Source: Octopus sinensis
Lineage: Eukaryota
Assembly (NCBI RefSeq): GCF_006345805.1
Contig: NC_043003.1
Location: 36,518,001 to 36,582,000 of the forward strand
Length of the DNA stretch: 64,000 nt
Direction of reading: 5' to 3'
Part shown: positions 1 to 12,482 of the stretch, one piece after another
How the letters are laid out: every line of letters starts with the position of its first letter
Numbering within the stretch: position 1 is the stretch's first letter
The notes under the pieces: generated by a model
Seen by the model: the letters and a program-made list of their open reading frames with translations, nothing else
Databases searched by the model: none
What the model was told of the DNA's origin: nothing
Translations under genes and position numbers: made by a program

Positions 1-405
1 TATTTTTGCCTTAAAAATACAGATACTTATATATAATTATAAGAGGCATCCAAGTCTAAATCTGGTGTGACGAAATGTAGGGTATGAGAAAGATGGGAGA
101 TTTGGTTAAAATATAGTACCTCACATGTTTAGCATGTTTCGGCGTCACAGAAGATCTTTAGTTTACTCCCATCAGATTTACTTATTTCATTTCCCAATTT
201 ACTTCCGACGGCAATCTACTCTGGCTACTGTTTTGGTAGCTGACCTTACATATAGAGAAAGTATTAGTGTTTCCTTGGTAACGAACAAACATTTGAAATG
301 TTCTCTCCCGCATTTTTTACATAGAAGTGTTTTGCAATGATACTGTGTCAATATTCCTTTTAATTACAAGGTTATCCTAGTTTGTTTTCACCTTTGCTCA
401 TACAG

Positions 406-470
406 ACGTCGACCACACTGTACTAACATCTCTGTCAATACAGAAATCTCCAGTGGCTGACGTTATTAAG
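406..470 (+). CDS. Candidate internal coding exon of an unidentified host gene
   Basis: Pyrimidine-rich acceptor (tttcacctttgctcatacag|) and donor AAG|GTAATA. The 65-bp exon has one open frame, (D)VDHTVLTSLSIQKSPVADVIK, ending in phase 0. No homology recognised. Confidence 0.3.
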
Positions 471-1134
471 GTAATATTTCCGTTCACGATTATTGTGTGA
501 AGAAAAGGAACCAGAAACCTGTACCACGCAATCACTAGTCCCACAATGGGTTATTTTAAATTCCCTTCCACACTATAGAATTATATCCCTAAACTACATC
601 AAAAAACTCTGTTCAAATTAATACTACGTCCATTTCTCATTTACATTTGCTCTAGTCAGATTAACGAATTTCCTTGATCTGTGACATATTTATGACAAGA
701 TTTGTGCGATGTCGTACAAATAGCAGGATAGTATTAGTTCTTGCTCTTTACTGGTATACTCTCATATTTCTTTCATTTTTTCTGTCTTTATTTTTGAAAT
801 TTTAAAGAAACCGCAATATGAAGATTCTGGAAATACATTTATTTATTATCTCTCACCGTACTGAGTACCATTAATGTTCTAATTTTGGTTATTTTATTCC
901 TTATATAATGATATTGACTTAGTATTAATTTTCCTTCCCACATTTTATATATTTCAAATTGTTGATATCCTAACCTGAAGCCGAAAGTCGGCTCTCAATG
1001 GTCAGCTTCCACCATCATTACCAAAATCATGTTGATAAAAATTCTGCACTTAGCAAAGAATAAAGTAGCAAGTAAAAGTACCTGACATTAATGGAATACA
1101 TTTTAACAAATTTACTTCTTTTCTCTTCCTCCAG

Positions 1135-1179
1135 ACATTAATAAACAATTTTCAACGAAGAGAAAAATATAAAAAATGA
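1135..1179 (+). CDS. Candidate terminal coding exon (TLINNFQRREKYKK*)
   Basis: Strong acceptor (ttcttttctcttcctccag|). The phase-0 frame is compatible with the 406-470 exon and stops at TGA 1177-1179. Speculative. Confidence 0.28.
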   Translation, partial: TLINNFQRREKYKK

Positions 1180-2112
1180 ATAATAATGATTAAATAGTTC
1201 AAGTATGTATTCAAGAGTGAATTTGAAAACAGGTCTTCATACGATAACATCCGAATGATAATAGTCATGATAATGGTGATGATGATGAGGAGGTGGGAGA
1301 GGAAGAGAATGAAAACATTGATATTGGTGGTGGTTGTATTCGTGATATTATTGGTGGTGATTTATTGTTTTGTCAGAGGGGCGTCTGATTAGAGATACAT
1401 TAAAAGGACAGTTTACAAATATTATCAGTCATGGATTGCAAAACGTACAAATGTAACATGATATGAATAAAGCAGGCAAGGTCCAGCGAGAAATGGGAAA
1501 CTTGCAGCAAGCTAAAGGGAGAGATCAGCAATTAATAGGTACATTTATAACTAAATAATATAATTAAATAGATAATGAAATACAATAACATGTTAACAAC
1601 AACAAATTAAGAAATAGAAAGGATCCCTAAACTTAAGGAGTTCCTCTCCATCGTGTGATTCTAGGCTCAGCATGGAAAGCCCTAGATATTCACAGAAACT
1701 CTCGGTTTTTACCATCTATCTATAGAAATACAGCATAGGCCAAATTCGCAATTCGATAATTTCGCCATTTTCACCTACATTACGTGAAATTTACCGACTG
1801 GTATCCCTTCGTTACTGACTTTTTACTCGCATTAGGTGATGTTGATGTCACCAGAGGAAAAATGTTATCCTCAACAATTTTAAGTACGTTCAGCGAATGA
1901 ATTCCTCTACTAAACACACCAGACATGAGAAGGTGATAGATTCTTCCCCCTAACGAAAACAAAGTGGTATTCAAACTTCGCAGTAGACTAGGTTGATAAT
2001 CGAATGACTCACACTTACGATATTTGTCCGATGGAATCTTACACCTCGGGAATGCAAGACACTAAACATTTGGGTGCCGGTTAGTTTCATCATTCTGCGT
2101 ATGTCTTGGAAA

Positions 2113-2356
2113 ATAGCATCAGCAACAACAGCAGCAGCAGCAGCAAGAGGAGGAGAAGAAGAAGAAGAAGAAGAAGAAAAGAAGAAGAAGAAGAATAAGA
2201 AGAAGAAGGAGGAGGAGGAGAAGGAGAAAGAGAAGAAGAAGAAAAGAAGAAGAAGGAGGAGGAGTAGGAGAAAAGAAGAAGAAGAAGAAGAAGAAGAAGA
2301 AGAAGAAGAAGAAGAAGAAGAAGAAGAAAAAATATGATGATGATGATGATGATGTG
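2113..2356. repeat. Compound trinucleotide repeat (CAG)/(GAA)/(GAG)/(GAT)
   Basis: Seen directly; it accounts for ORFs 1971-2396 and 2074-2337. Confidence 0.95.
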
Positions 2357-3446
2357 ATATCATGCTAAAGTACAGGAAGCATGTAAAATATGTCAATTAA
2401 ATTTGAAAAATAACAGCACCATCGGAGGAAAGATAACAAGAAATCGAAAAGTTGAAAAAAAGGGAGTAGGTAAAAAGCAGGACAATGAACACTAGGGAAC
2501 TGGGAGGAAATTTACCATAAGGATTTTTAAAAAATGAAACGAAAATAATTTTTCTGTTGCGACATTTATACTGATGAGAATACTGGATTATAAGGCACAT
2601 ACACGCACGCACACACACACACAAGAAAAAAAAATGCATTACAACTCTAAGTGCTTTCAAAAATTTTATTTAATCAATCTCAATACTTGTTAGGTTGTGA
2701 TAGATAATGATATCGGTAGCCGACGGTAGAATTTTTATTACAATTTATTGAAATCGTTTTTTTTATAAGGTGGGATACGCTACGTAACTTATCTATGTCA
2801 CGTTGTCTTCTCTATTTACGATAGAAAAAAGTTGAAAAGTGCTGAACGTTTCTAGGGTTTTGGACATAATTGAATTAATATAAATTGTTTTCACTTATCG
2901 TTGTAGTAGATTTTACACCAATATAATTCTCAACTTACGTTAAGTGGGAAAATAACCACGGAAATGTCTTTTCTCTGATAAATCTTATTAGGAAAATGCC
3001 TCAGTCATCCCAGAATAAGTTTTCTTTAAAAAAAGATAAGGGAAATGAAAAAAAACAGTACGATCCCACAACTATAGAGGAAGGGTAAAAAGCTCAGTCT
3101 AGTATCGTGTTGCTAAGCTCCCATCAGAGATCGCTTAGGAAGAATTTAATGTCTTATTAAAGACTGCGGTATTGCTTGCTTAAAATAGCGATTTACAGTT
3201 AGAATATCGAGATGCCATAACTTATTATAATTTTGTCAGGACAGAATACAGAATCTTTAGGAAAGGATATTAGTGATTTACATGAATCTTACTCAGAGTG
3301 ATGGACCCAGGTCTCATCCCTCGTGACTCTATTCTCCCCAAAAGCTTCGTATTCATCGTTGTAGCACTAGTAAATCTTGAGAGAGCTCCACATAATTGCG
3401 CTAACGTATTTCGATAAGCGCCCTACGCATCCATCTTGCAAAAACT

Positions 3447-3700
3447 TTACGGAAGTGAAGATTTTCTTGGATCATTTCGTATATATGACCCACTACCCAT
3501 GTGCAGAAAACATGCCATTTCATCGATAGTCACGCGTCGGTTTATTAGCACCATCTCTTGACCTTGATAAACTTTCACGTCAGTGGCGTTGGGAGGTGGG
3601 CGCCCTGCTCCGTCTTTGTGCTTCACATTTTTCCGGCCATCTTTAAACCTCTCGATCCACTCACACTCACCTCTACGTGATAGCACGCTTTTGCACTATT
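3447..3700 (-). mobile_element. Mariner-type transposase N-terminal (HTH) remnant
   Basis: LSRRGECEWIERFKDGRKNVKHKDGAGRP...VLINRRVTIDEMACFL resembles the mariner N-terminal pattern (W..RFK.GR..v.d..r.GRP...drr.T..e.a..l). No catalytic domain is visible. Confidence 0.8.
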
Positions 3701-3988
3701 GTTCAGTAAGACTACGCTGATTTTCAACCACTGACATTCTTACAGACGAAAGAAATCAAATCATTAATCTGTTATATAAATATAAGATACAAGGATCAAG
3801 TTTTAGGAAGAAAATTACCTTCAAGCAATCCGTAGTAAATAAAAGAAAAACAACTTTCAGGGAAAATAGTAACTTACTGAGACGAAAGGTTGTGGGCATT
3901 TTTTATCATCGAAGTACGCTAAATTTGAAAAAAAGTTCTTTTTATATTTCACAATAGGCAACCAGGGTTGCCGGGTATGCGAACAAGA

Positions 3989-4180
3989 GTACAAGAGTTA
4001 AGGAATGTCGTACATAAGATCCGGGTTATATATGTTTCACAGCGAGCAAAACTTCGTAAGTGGTAAATATCCGAGCGTGGCCTGAAGAGTAAGCTGCGGT
4101 ATACGCCACTTATGAGGTTCCGCTCGCTATGAAACATATGTAGCCCGGATCTTATCTACTCCCTTCCTTAAATCTTGTAC
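3989..4180. mobile_element. 192-bp fold-back (palindromic) MITE-like element
   Basis: Arms 3989-4070 and 4099-4180 match as reverse complements at 66 of 82 positions by manual alignment, with a 28-nt loop. Ends read TA-CAAG...CTTG-TA, consistent with a TA target site. Confidence 0.7.
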
Positions 4181-4185
4181 ATACA

Positions 4186-4186
4186 C

Positions 4187-4217
<31 letters not shown>

Positions 4218-4228
4218 TGTATGTATGT
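4186..4228. repeat. (TATG)n microsatellite
   Basis: Seen directly. Confidence 0.95.
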
Positions 4229-6260
4229 GCGGAGACGTAGAAATAATCGGACTGAATACTCGATCGCGCGGTTAAACCATTGGGAGTGAAGGACTCCTAG
4301 CCTTTGTTAGGGCATCCTCCTAGAAGAAGGTAACTAAGGAAACTGGGATAACTCCGACATAAAACCTGCGGCTCAGTGGTTACCGATAATGTTGACTTGT
4401 TCTTCTTTTCGGATTATGGCTGCTGTTGCTTAGTGAGTGGGATTGACTCAGTGCACAGCCTTTCCTCACTTTAAAAATAATCTTCTTGCACAGGTATTGC
4501 ACGATAACAACATTGATTAAGCTTCGCGCAATGGCCATACTCGATAACGATGGGGCAGCCACCATATGTATATCGACAGATACGTAGATGGATAATGCTT
4601 TGGAATATCTGGACTCCGGGACAGTTGTGAAATAACTGATATAATAGAATGCACTACAACTTACGCTAGCTAGTAGCTAGACTGGTATTCTTCATAAAAA
4701 AACGTGTAATTTATTTACCTTATTCCAACAGCACATACATCGTTACTTATACTTATTAAGTTTGTTGAAAATAATTGTTGAAAGGTCAATTTTATATTTT
4801 AGTAATTTTTCCAACTTTTCAGATTTATAATGCTTATATTATTTACATTGAATCTACATAGTTTGGTTCTTTGTTGTACATGCACAATTGCCTATATATA
4901 TATACATGAAAGTGTATACAAATACATGTACATAGATTGATAGGTACGCATAAATATGTACGTGTGTGTGTTTGTTTGTTAGTGCGCGTTTCTGCGTCAC
5001 TGCGTGTATGTGTTTCTACGTGTTTATATATTTTTGTACAGTCACCCACTCACACACTCGTATTTATGTGTCATGTGGTTGAATATGTAAACATATAAGC
5101 ATACTAAAATGCAATTTATACACACATACAGACACACACACGCACACACACACATATATATATATACATTGCATCTGTTTATGTATTTATATATCTACCT
5201 ATATAAAGAGGGGTATATCTTTAGGTATAAATCCATGTAATGCACATGTATGCAGGCGAGTGCAGTTACTGTTACCAGTTAGTGACAATATAGTGTACGT
5301 GTGTATGTGTGTTAAGGTGCTTCCGTATGTGTAAAGGAGTGTGTGGGCGTGTGTGCATGTGCGTGTGAACGTGTGTGGGCGTGTGTGCATGTGCGTGTGA
5401 ATGTGTGTGGGATGTGCATAATGGTGTGTGGTGTGGGTACTGAGTCGAACTCTATGTAGGTGTTGCATATATATATATATATATATATATACCCATACCT
5501 GCAAAATAAACGCATATATACACTCACATACAAACGCGTGCATATACTTATGCATTGATAGCTTCGACTACCAATATAGATAGTGACTATATATGCTTAT
5601 GTGCGTGCTTTTTTAACTTTTCTAGTTGTATACGAATACTTGTACGCGGTGTGCGTTTGGGTATGTTCTTTTATGTGCGATGATGTTTTTATGTCTTTGT
5701 TTTGTTTTTATATCATTTATCTGTGTGTACGTACATGTTTGTGCGCGCTTGCTTTTACATTTATTTAAAGCTTCAAAGTTCACTTAAATTCATGATAATA
5801 TCAGTTTTGTTTATTTACAATTTATAAAATATAATCATTATATATTTAGCTGCGAACATATTAAATGTCAAATATATATTCCATGTATGTTTTGAGAAAT
5901 ATATCAAAGCTTTATTTATTTATTGAAAATATTTGCACAAATCGTTCACATTAAAAGACATCGCAGAATAACATTAAATATTACTATCTTTCAAACTCCG
6001 TGGTAATTCAATTTAGGATTTATCGAAAATTTATAATTAACTTCACATCATACTTAAGCTGTTGTAATTTCATTCGCAAACGTCACCGAACGCGAAAATG
6101 CTATCGAGGAACATTTGATGAAAAGGCGCAGTGAGATGATATCTAAAACGAAACAGATGTACACACACATCAGTAAAAATGTCTAGGTGTGTCTGTGGTA
6201 AGAATTTCGCTTATCAACAACTATATAATTCAGAGTTCGGTCCCACTGCATAGTACTAAT

Positions 6261-6658
<398 letters not shown>

Positions 6659-7081
6659 AAGAAGGAGATGTGGAACACGAGTTGTGATATATAAAAAAAG
6701 AAAATGAAGAAAAAGCTGACAAAATAACTTAAGTAAGGGAGAGTGTATTTAATTAGGTGAAAGTTCTTTTTTTAAACAGAAAAAGAGAAAAATTGGGTTA
6801 GAATACAATGTTCAGTTATTGTGAATGATTTCAGTGTATGAGAAAAAAAGTAAGAGTCTTTTACAGTGTTCTGTTTCAGAATAAGATATTTAGTAAAAGC
6901 GTGTAATATAGAGTTTTTTGTGGAAATATACAGTGTAGAATAAAAAAAGTAAGAGTTTACCGGTTGCGCATTTGTTATGCTTATCAAAAGATATTTTGAG
7001 TGAGATAGAGTTCCTTTCTGATTGATCTTTTTCTCTTATCTGACTTTATGTTGGGTTTGCTGTCTCTTATATGTGAAAAAA

Positions 7082-7370
7082 AGGCTCCAGAGTTGTTTCA
7101 GATTTGCTTCGTTTCGCGGCTAAAATTTCTTGTGGACAATGGCCAATACAATTTTGATTGGTCATTATAAAGGGGTCACGTGAATGTTTGAATGGAAGTT
7201 GGTGTTGGGATAAGAAAATAGGCTCCAGAGATGTTAAAACTTGGCTGGTATCGCGCCTAAAATTTCTTATTGGTCATAATAAAGAGGTCACGTGAATTTG
7301 GTCATAATAGAGAGGTCACGTGAATTTGGTCATAATAGAGAGGTCACGTGAATGTTTAGAATGAATGTTG
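7082..7370. repeat. Tandem duplication with 28-bp subrepeats in the PLE 3' flank; four GGTCACGTGAAT copies
   Basis: AGGCTCCAGAG-initiated block occurs twice. GGTCACGTGAAT starts at 7174, 7286, 7314 and 7342 (period 28 for the last three). Confidence 0.85.
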
Positions 7371-7881
7371 GTGTAGGTATTGTATGGAATTTTCGAAAAT
7401 AACGTTGCTGAAAATTCTTATTGTTCAGGCTGGTCAGTAGACGTCATGTGGATATTTTGAATAGCTTTTTAGCGCGTAGTTAAGGAGTGTATTTTCCGCT
7501 TGACTGAATTTGAGCTGGAAAAGTAAGTTCGTTTAGGACAGGAAGAGATATATGTATGTATGTGTGCGCGCGTGTGTGTGTGTGTGTGTGTGTGTTTATA
7601 TGTATGTTGGGGCGCGCGCGCGTGTATATATGTGTGCGTGTGTGGGTACAATTTTCAATATTTATAGTTCTGCTGGCCTTGTGCCTGTATCGGGGAGCAA
7701 CGTGTTTGTGTGAAGTCAATATTTACAGTCATTTCCAAAAAATAGTGTTGGATGTTTTGCACCCGTATCAAATTATGTGTATGTGTGGAACCATATGTTT
7801 GCGTGTGTCATGGTGTTAATATCTCGGTAAAAGTGTGTGTAGCGTGTGTGCAGGTGTAAGTGTGTTTGTTGTGGGTTCGTG

Positions 7882-8915
7882 TTAGGGGGATGTGTTTAGA
7901 AGTGGTCTGTATTTATTAATAAGGTGGGATTCTATGGTTATTCGCTGGGTATGAGTGGCATTGTCTTTAAATTTGTAGAGGGGAAAGATTCTAAAATTGG
8001 GATGAAGTTGTGCGGCACAGGTATCAATATGTGCACTAAGTGCTATTTTTCTGTATTCCTGTATTTTTATTTGGGATCTATGGATAGTCATGCGTTGGCG
8101 GAGGCTATTTTTAGTTTGGCCTATGTAGTGTTCATTACAGCCCGAGCAAGTTAAGACATATACTAGGTTTTCTGATGCGCATGTGAAGTTGTGTTTTACT
8201 GTGAAACGTTGTCCTTGTTTAAAAAGGAATTCCAGACCTTCTATTATGTTGATGCATATACCACAGTTGGGTCTATTCCATTTGTTTACTGTGGGTTTAG
8301 TTGTTGTGGTTGGCAGTACTTTGGCATTTGTTAGGATGGTTTTCAATGATTTGGGTTGCCTTTTGCTCTTTATGATTTCGTGTGTTAGAAGGATTTGGTT
8401 CATTCTATGGTCCTTTTTTAATACAGGAATTTTCTGGAGGATGGTGTCAAAAGCTTCATTGTTGTGTGTAGAGATGTATCGTAGAGTATGGGGTTTCGAT
8501 GTAACAGGTTTAGGGCGTCTAAGTTCCTGTGTGCTGAGTTTTAGGGCGCATTGGATCCCATTGTCAATTAGTGACGTGGGGTAATCCCTGCTTGTTAATG
8601 TGTCCTTAAGTTCTTGTAGACGTAAGAGACGGGTGTTTTTATTGGAGACTATAGTGCAAATTCTCTTGGCTAAGTTGTAGGGAATGTTAATTTTAACGTG
8701 TCTAGGGTGGCATGAATTGAAAGGGAGGTATTGCTTGGAGTCTGTGGGCTTGTAGTATATGTCTGTTTCTATTTTTTTGTTGTGAATTTTAATGAGGATG
8801 TCGAGGAAGGGAATTTGTTGAGGGCTGTATTCCATTGTGAAAATATTGTTTGTGTTGAGCCCATTTACAAGGGTGTGAAATTCTTTAAGCTTCTCGATGG
8901 CTTCGGGCCAGCATT
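7882..8915 (-). mobile_element. Penelope-like retroelement, 5'-truncated ORF: RT C-terminus plus GIY-YIG endonuclease
   Basis: 317-aa ORF with IPFLDI..I, TDIYYKPTDS.QYL.F.SCHP.H, CxxC, and VYVLTC..C..HYIGQT..LR.R..H (GIY-YIG of PLEs). The frame continues upstream as EFHTLVNGLNTNNIFTME. Confidence 0.92.
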
Positions 8916-8917
8916 GG

Positions 8918-9240
8918 CATCTCTGGAAAGTTACTACAATGTATCATCTCTGGAAAGTTACTACAATGGATCAATTGTTTCCTGACCGGCCAACACGTTG
9001 TAGTCAAAGGAGTAAAATCAGGCCCAGCCAATTTCAGTAGTGGTGTTCCACAAGGCACTATTTTCAGGCCTACTTCTTTTCATCATCTACATCAATGACA
9101 TTACTGACATCATCAAGCACAGTAGCATAAGAATATTTGCAGATGATTCCAAGATCCAGAATCAATGAAGTGAGTGACCGGGCATGCCGTCCGTCAGATC
9201 TACAGGCTGAATATGCTGCTGAACGAGGACAAATTTGAAA
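8918..9240 (+). mobile_element. CR1/L2-type LINE reverse transcriptase fragment
   Basis: GISGKLLQWINCFLTGR..VVVKGVKS....SGVPQGT..PLLF.IYINDI...IKHSSIRIFADDSKI, with one frameshift. A 24-bp tandem duplication lies at its 5' end (8918-8941 and 8945-8968). Confidence 0.88.
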
Positions 9241-9512
9241 ATTCCTCAAACTCGTATAGAAATTGTTTCTTTACACTGGTAGATTGGGAAAACTGAAATT
9301 TGGTTAGAGATTCCCTGCGTATTTCTCTATGTGTTCACTCGAAGGTGTCTGTCTATAACTTGAGAAACGGATCTGTTCCGTATGTAGTGTGGTTCTTCGT
9401 GTGACATACTTGCCTGTATAATATAGTTGTGTACAAAACCTGAACAAGTTATAATATAAATTAAAGTGAAGTTGGTCTTAATTCTGAACCTCTCTTTGTT
9501 TGAATTGGAATT
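9241..9512 (-). mobile_element. PLE GIY-YIG remnant, inverted partner of 9520-9880
   Basis: Its reverse complement aligns along its length with about 9559-9850; both resemble the endonuclease end of the 7882-8835 ORF. Confidence 0.75.
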
Positions 9513-9519
9513 CCGTGGA

Positions 9520-9880
9520 TATGAAAAGTGTGGAACATGCCCCAACCAACTGAAAGGCTTGGAATTCTAATTCAAACAAGAAGAGAGGTCCGCAATTAAG
9601 AGCAACTTCACTTGTGTATCCGACAATTTAATTTATGTTATAACTTCCTCAGAATGTGGACACAACTATACAGGACAGAGAAGTATATCACTTACAAGGA
9701 GAACCTCACTACAAAAGGAACAGTTCCGTTTCCCAAGATATAGACAGATACCTTTCAGTTGACACATAGTGAGATATGCAGGAAATCTCCAATCAAATAT
9801 TCCAGTTTTCCCAATCTGCCAGTGCAAAGAAACAATTTCTGTGCAAGGACGTTTAAACATGAACGCATAACCAACTTTGG
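9520..9880 (+). mobile_element. PLE GIY-YIG remnant
   Basis: KCGTC...GLEF.FKQ...IKSNFTCVSDNLIYVITSSECGHNYTGQ parallels CGIC..GLEFLFKQ..HNFTCASENLVYVLTCSGCNEHYIGQ of the 7882-8835 ORF. Confidence 0.85.
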
Positions 9881-12482
9881 TCTCAGTATATATTCTAACT
9901 CATGATCACATATCCATCATTTTAAACATTTCATCTCACTACCTTAGCTCATGAGTTTTTGTATGTTTATTTATCCCATCCCAAAAACGAGCTGTGGCCT
10001 CCCCTGTCCTAAATAATAACTATCACCAATTACCTCCACTTAGATTTTTCTACTTGTTGATTCATTCACAAACTATCATACAAGAACATAGACTAAGTTC
10101 TCCTTAAGGAAAAAACAAAATCACAATAATTTCAATGCCATGATTAGCAAAAGCGAAACCGGTTGACAACTACAATATTCTTTTCTTTTAAAATATATTG
10201 AATCTATGTAAAGTGTATGCATTTTCATTCCTTTGATATATATATATATATTGCTTTACAACTCACCACGTGGGAATAATCGAAATTCAGTTAATCCATC
10301 TTCTTATTCTCTGTTTGTGTATATATATATATAAATATGCATTCATGTGTGTGTATGTGCGTGTATGCCTGTGTCTGTGTGTGTGTGTTTGTCCAACACC
10401 GCTATGTGGAAATTGGGGTAGATTTTCGTCCCCGTAAATTAACACTTCGGCCAAATATCCGGTATAATGATTCCTTAATGAAAATAAGTTCTAAGGTGAA
10501 CTAACAAAATTCCTTCAAGGCGGTGCGGAAGCATGACTACGATACTATGACGGACACAATTAAAAGGTAAAAGATAATATATGGTTTAAAACACGTTGTG
10601 GTGCTGTCTGTAGCGTATTGGTTCTTAGCGAAAGTACTGCTGCCCCTATCAACAATATACGTGAGATATAAGTAGCTGGGTAAGCTATAATTTCTTGAAC
10701 GTGTTGAAAAATAAAGCTCTACGTATGTACTCAACCTTCTAAAAGCTATAGCCAAATTTATCTTTTCATGACTTATTGTCATTGAAATTAATATGTCGGC
10801 GAGATTGCCTTTGATGGAAATAGAATTACTCAGAACAATTGCAATATTTGTACATGCAAACTGTAACTCAAAACGGAAAAGCAACCGGTCTAATGTAACA
10901 TACACACAAACATATAGAAATAATTTGTAGATGAAAATCCAATGGAGGAGTCTTGGATCTAATTTATAAATCGACTCTTTCTTTATGGGCAAGGAACGTT
11001 GACATAAAATTGAACAGATACACACACACAGCCCCACACGCACGAATAAACACACACAGTCACATACATACACACGCGCATGCATATATTCATTCATACA
11101 TACATACATAATACATACATACATAGAAAAGTTTACAGATGTGTTTACATGTGAGCTTAAATCAATCTATCATTGAGGGATACAAACAAGTCGTATCCAA
11201 AAAAGAATCAAGATTTATAACTTCGAGCCAACGAGCTACATAGCATGGTCTGACCACGCTGAGACCACACTGAACAAAATCACCATTCTAATAAAAGTCA
11301 CATCTCGCCACAATATTTATTTATCGACCAACACATGCAAGAGTGAACCTAGTGAAAATTGTACGCTAGAATCCCTCAAATTTGAAAAGATTTTGTTAAA
11401 CGTCTTTTCATTGAAAGAGTGTGTTTGTCTGGAGGTCTCTGGAATGTTATACGGATATCTTGAAGCGTTTGACAAAGTGATTATATTTTTAAAAAAAGAG
11501 GACTGAGGTATGGATAGACAAAACCTGGATATAACACAAGAATAACCCTCTTCACATACTAATTCTTGTCAGTTTTTGGCAAATCTTAAAGCTGACAACT
11601 TGATAAATTTTGAGGATTGCTACTGATATAAATCTTTTCCGTTCCTTGTATTGTATATACGCTGACAGGTCATCGATTTCAAACGAGACATAGGAAAACA
11701 TTCACTACGAGAACTTTGTACGGCTCCTGAAATCCTATTCTAGCACTCGATCTAAACTAGTAAATAAACACGTGAAACTGTGTCAAAAACGGAAGGAAAT
11801 ATTTTGAAATAGATGTGTCTGATTAAATTGCAAATAAAGTAACGTTTCATTTTATTGTTTGTTTGTTTTTTGAAATACCGTTTCTTATTGGACAGACTTT
11901 GTACATAACTACAAATTATATAGAAAACATATTCTATCCTATGAGAAGCGCTCAGGTAAATGATTACAAGTGAGAATACCTTTCACATTCAAATCGGTTA
12001 TAAATTTCTCCCTGCTGTCAATTTAATGTTTAACCTTCACAGCATTTCAAATTCTTCGGAAATAATTCCTTAATTTATTATCTTTGCGCGGATTAGACCT
12101 ATTCTAGTAATATATAACATAGTATGGTAACATATTTTTATTTGAAATTCTGACGTAAATCAATGTATAAATTATGAATTATCAGTTAACGTGGTTTTCT
12201 TTTTAATGTTAATATTAATACAAAATTTTGACAGCAGACATTTATAACAAATATTTTGATATCTTCCTCCATAAAACGATATATGATATCCTGCTAGGTG
12301 CAGTAGTTTTATCAGAAATGCAGGTGAAACGGCTCAAAATATTTTATTCTTTTGATATTCGGATTGTATATTTTCAAATATTTAATGTTTAGTTATGTTA
12401 ATATATAAAATGTCTTAGGCGATATGATAGATAGTTAGATATATAGAGAAAGACATACATGGTTTTATATATATATATATAT

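Noticed and set aside
974-992. CTGAAGCCGAAAGTCGGCT hairpin
   Set aside because: A short stem only; the spacing is incompatible with a hammerhead.
4250-4560. GC-richer stretch resembling an RTE-type 5' region (a similar stretch lies at about 63490-63720)
   Set aside because: No recognisable protein motif or second copy in the window, so it cannot be assigned.
6130-6180. GAGAUGA...GAAACAGAUGU(ACACAC)ACAUCAGUA hammerhead-like stretch
   Set aside because: The core is mismatched, and neither stem II nor stem I can form.
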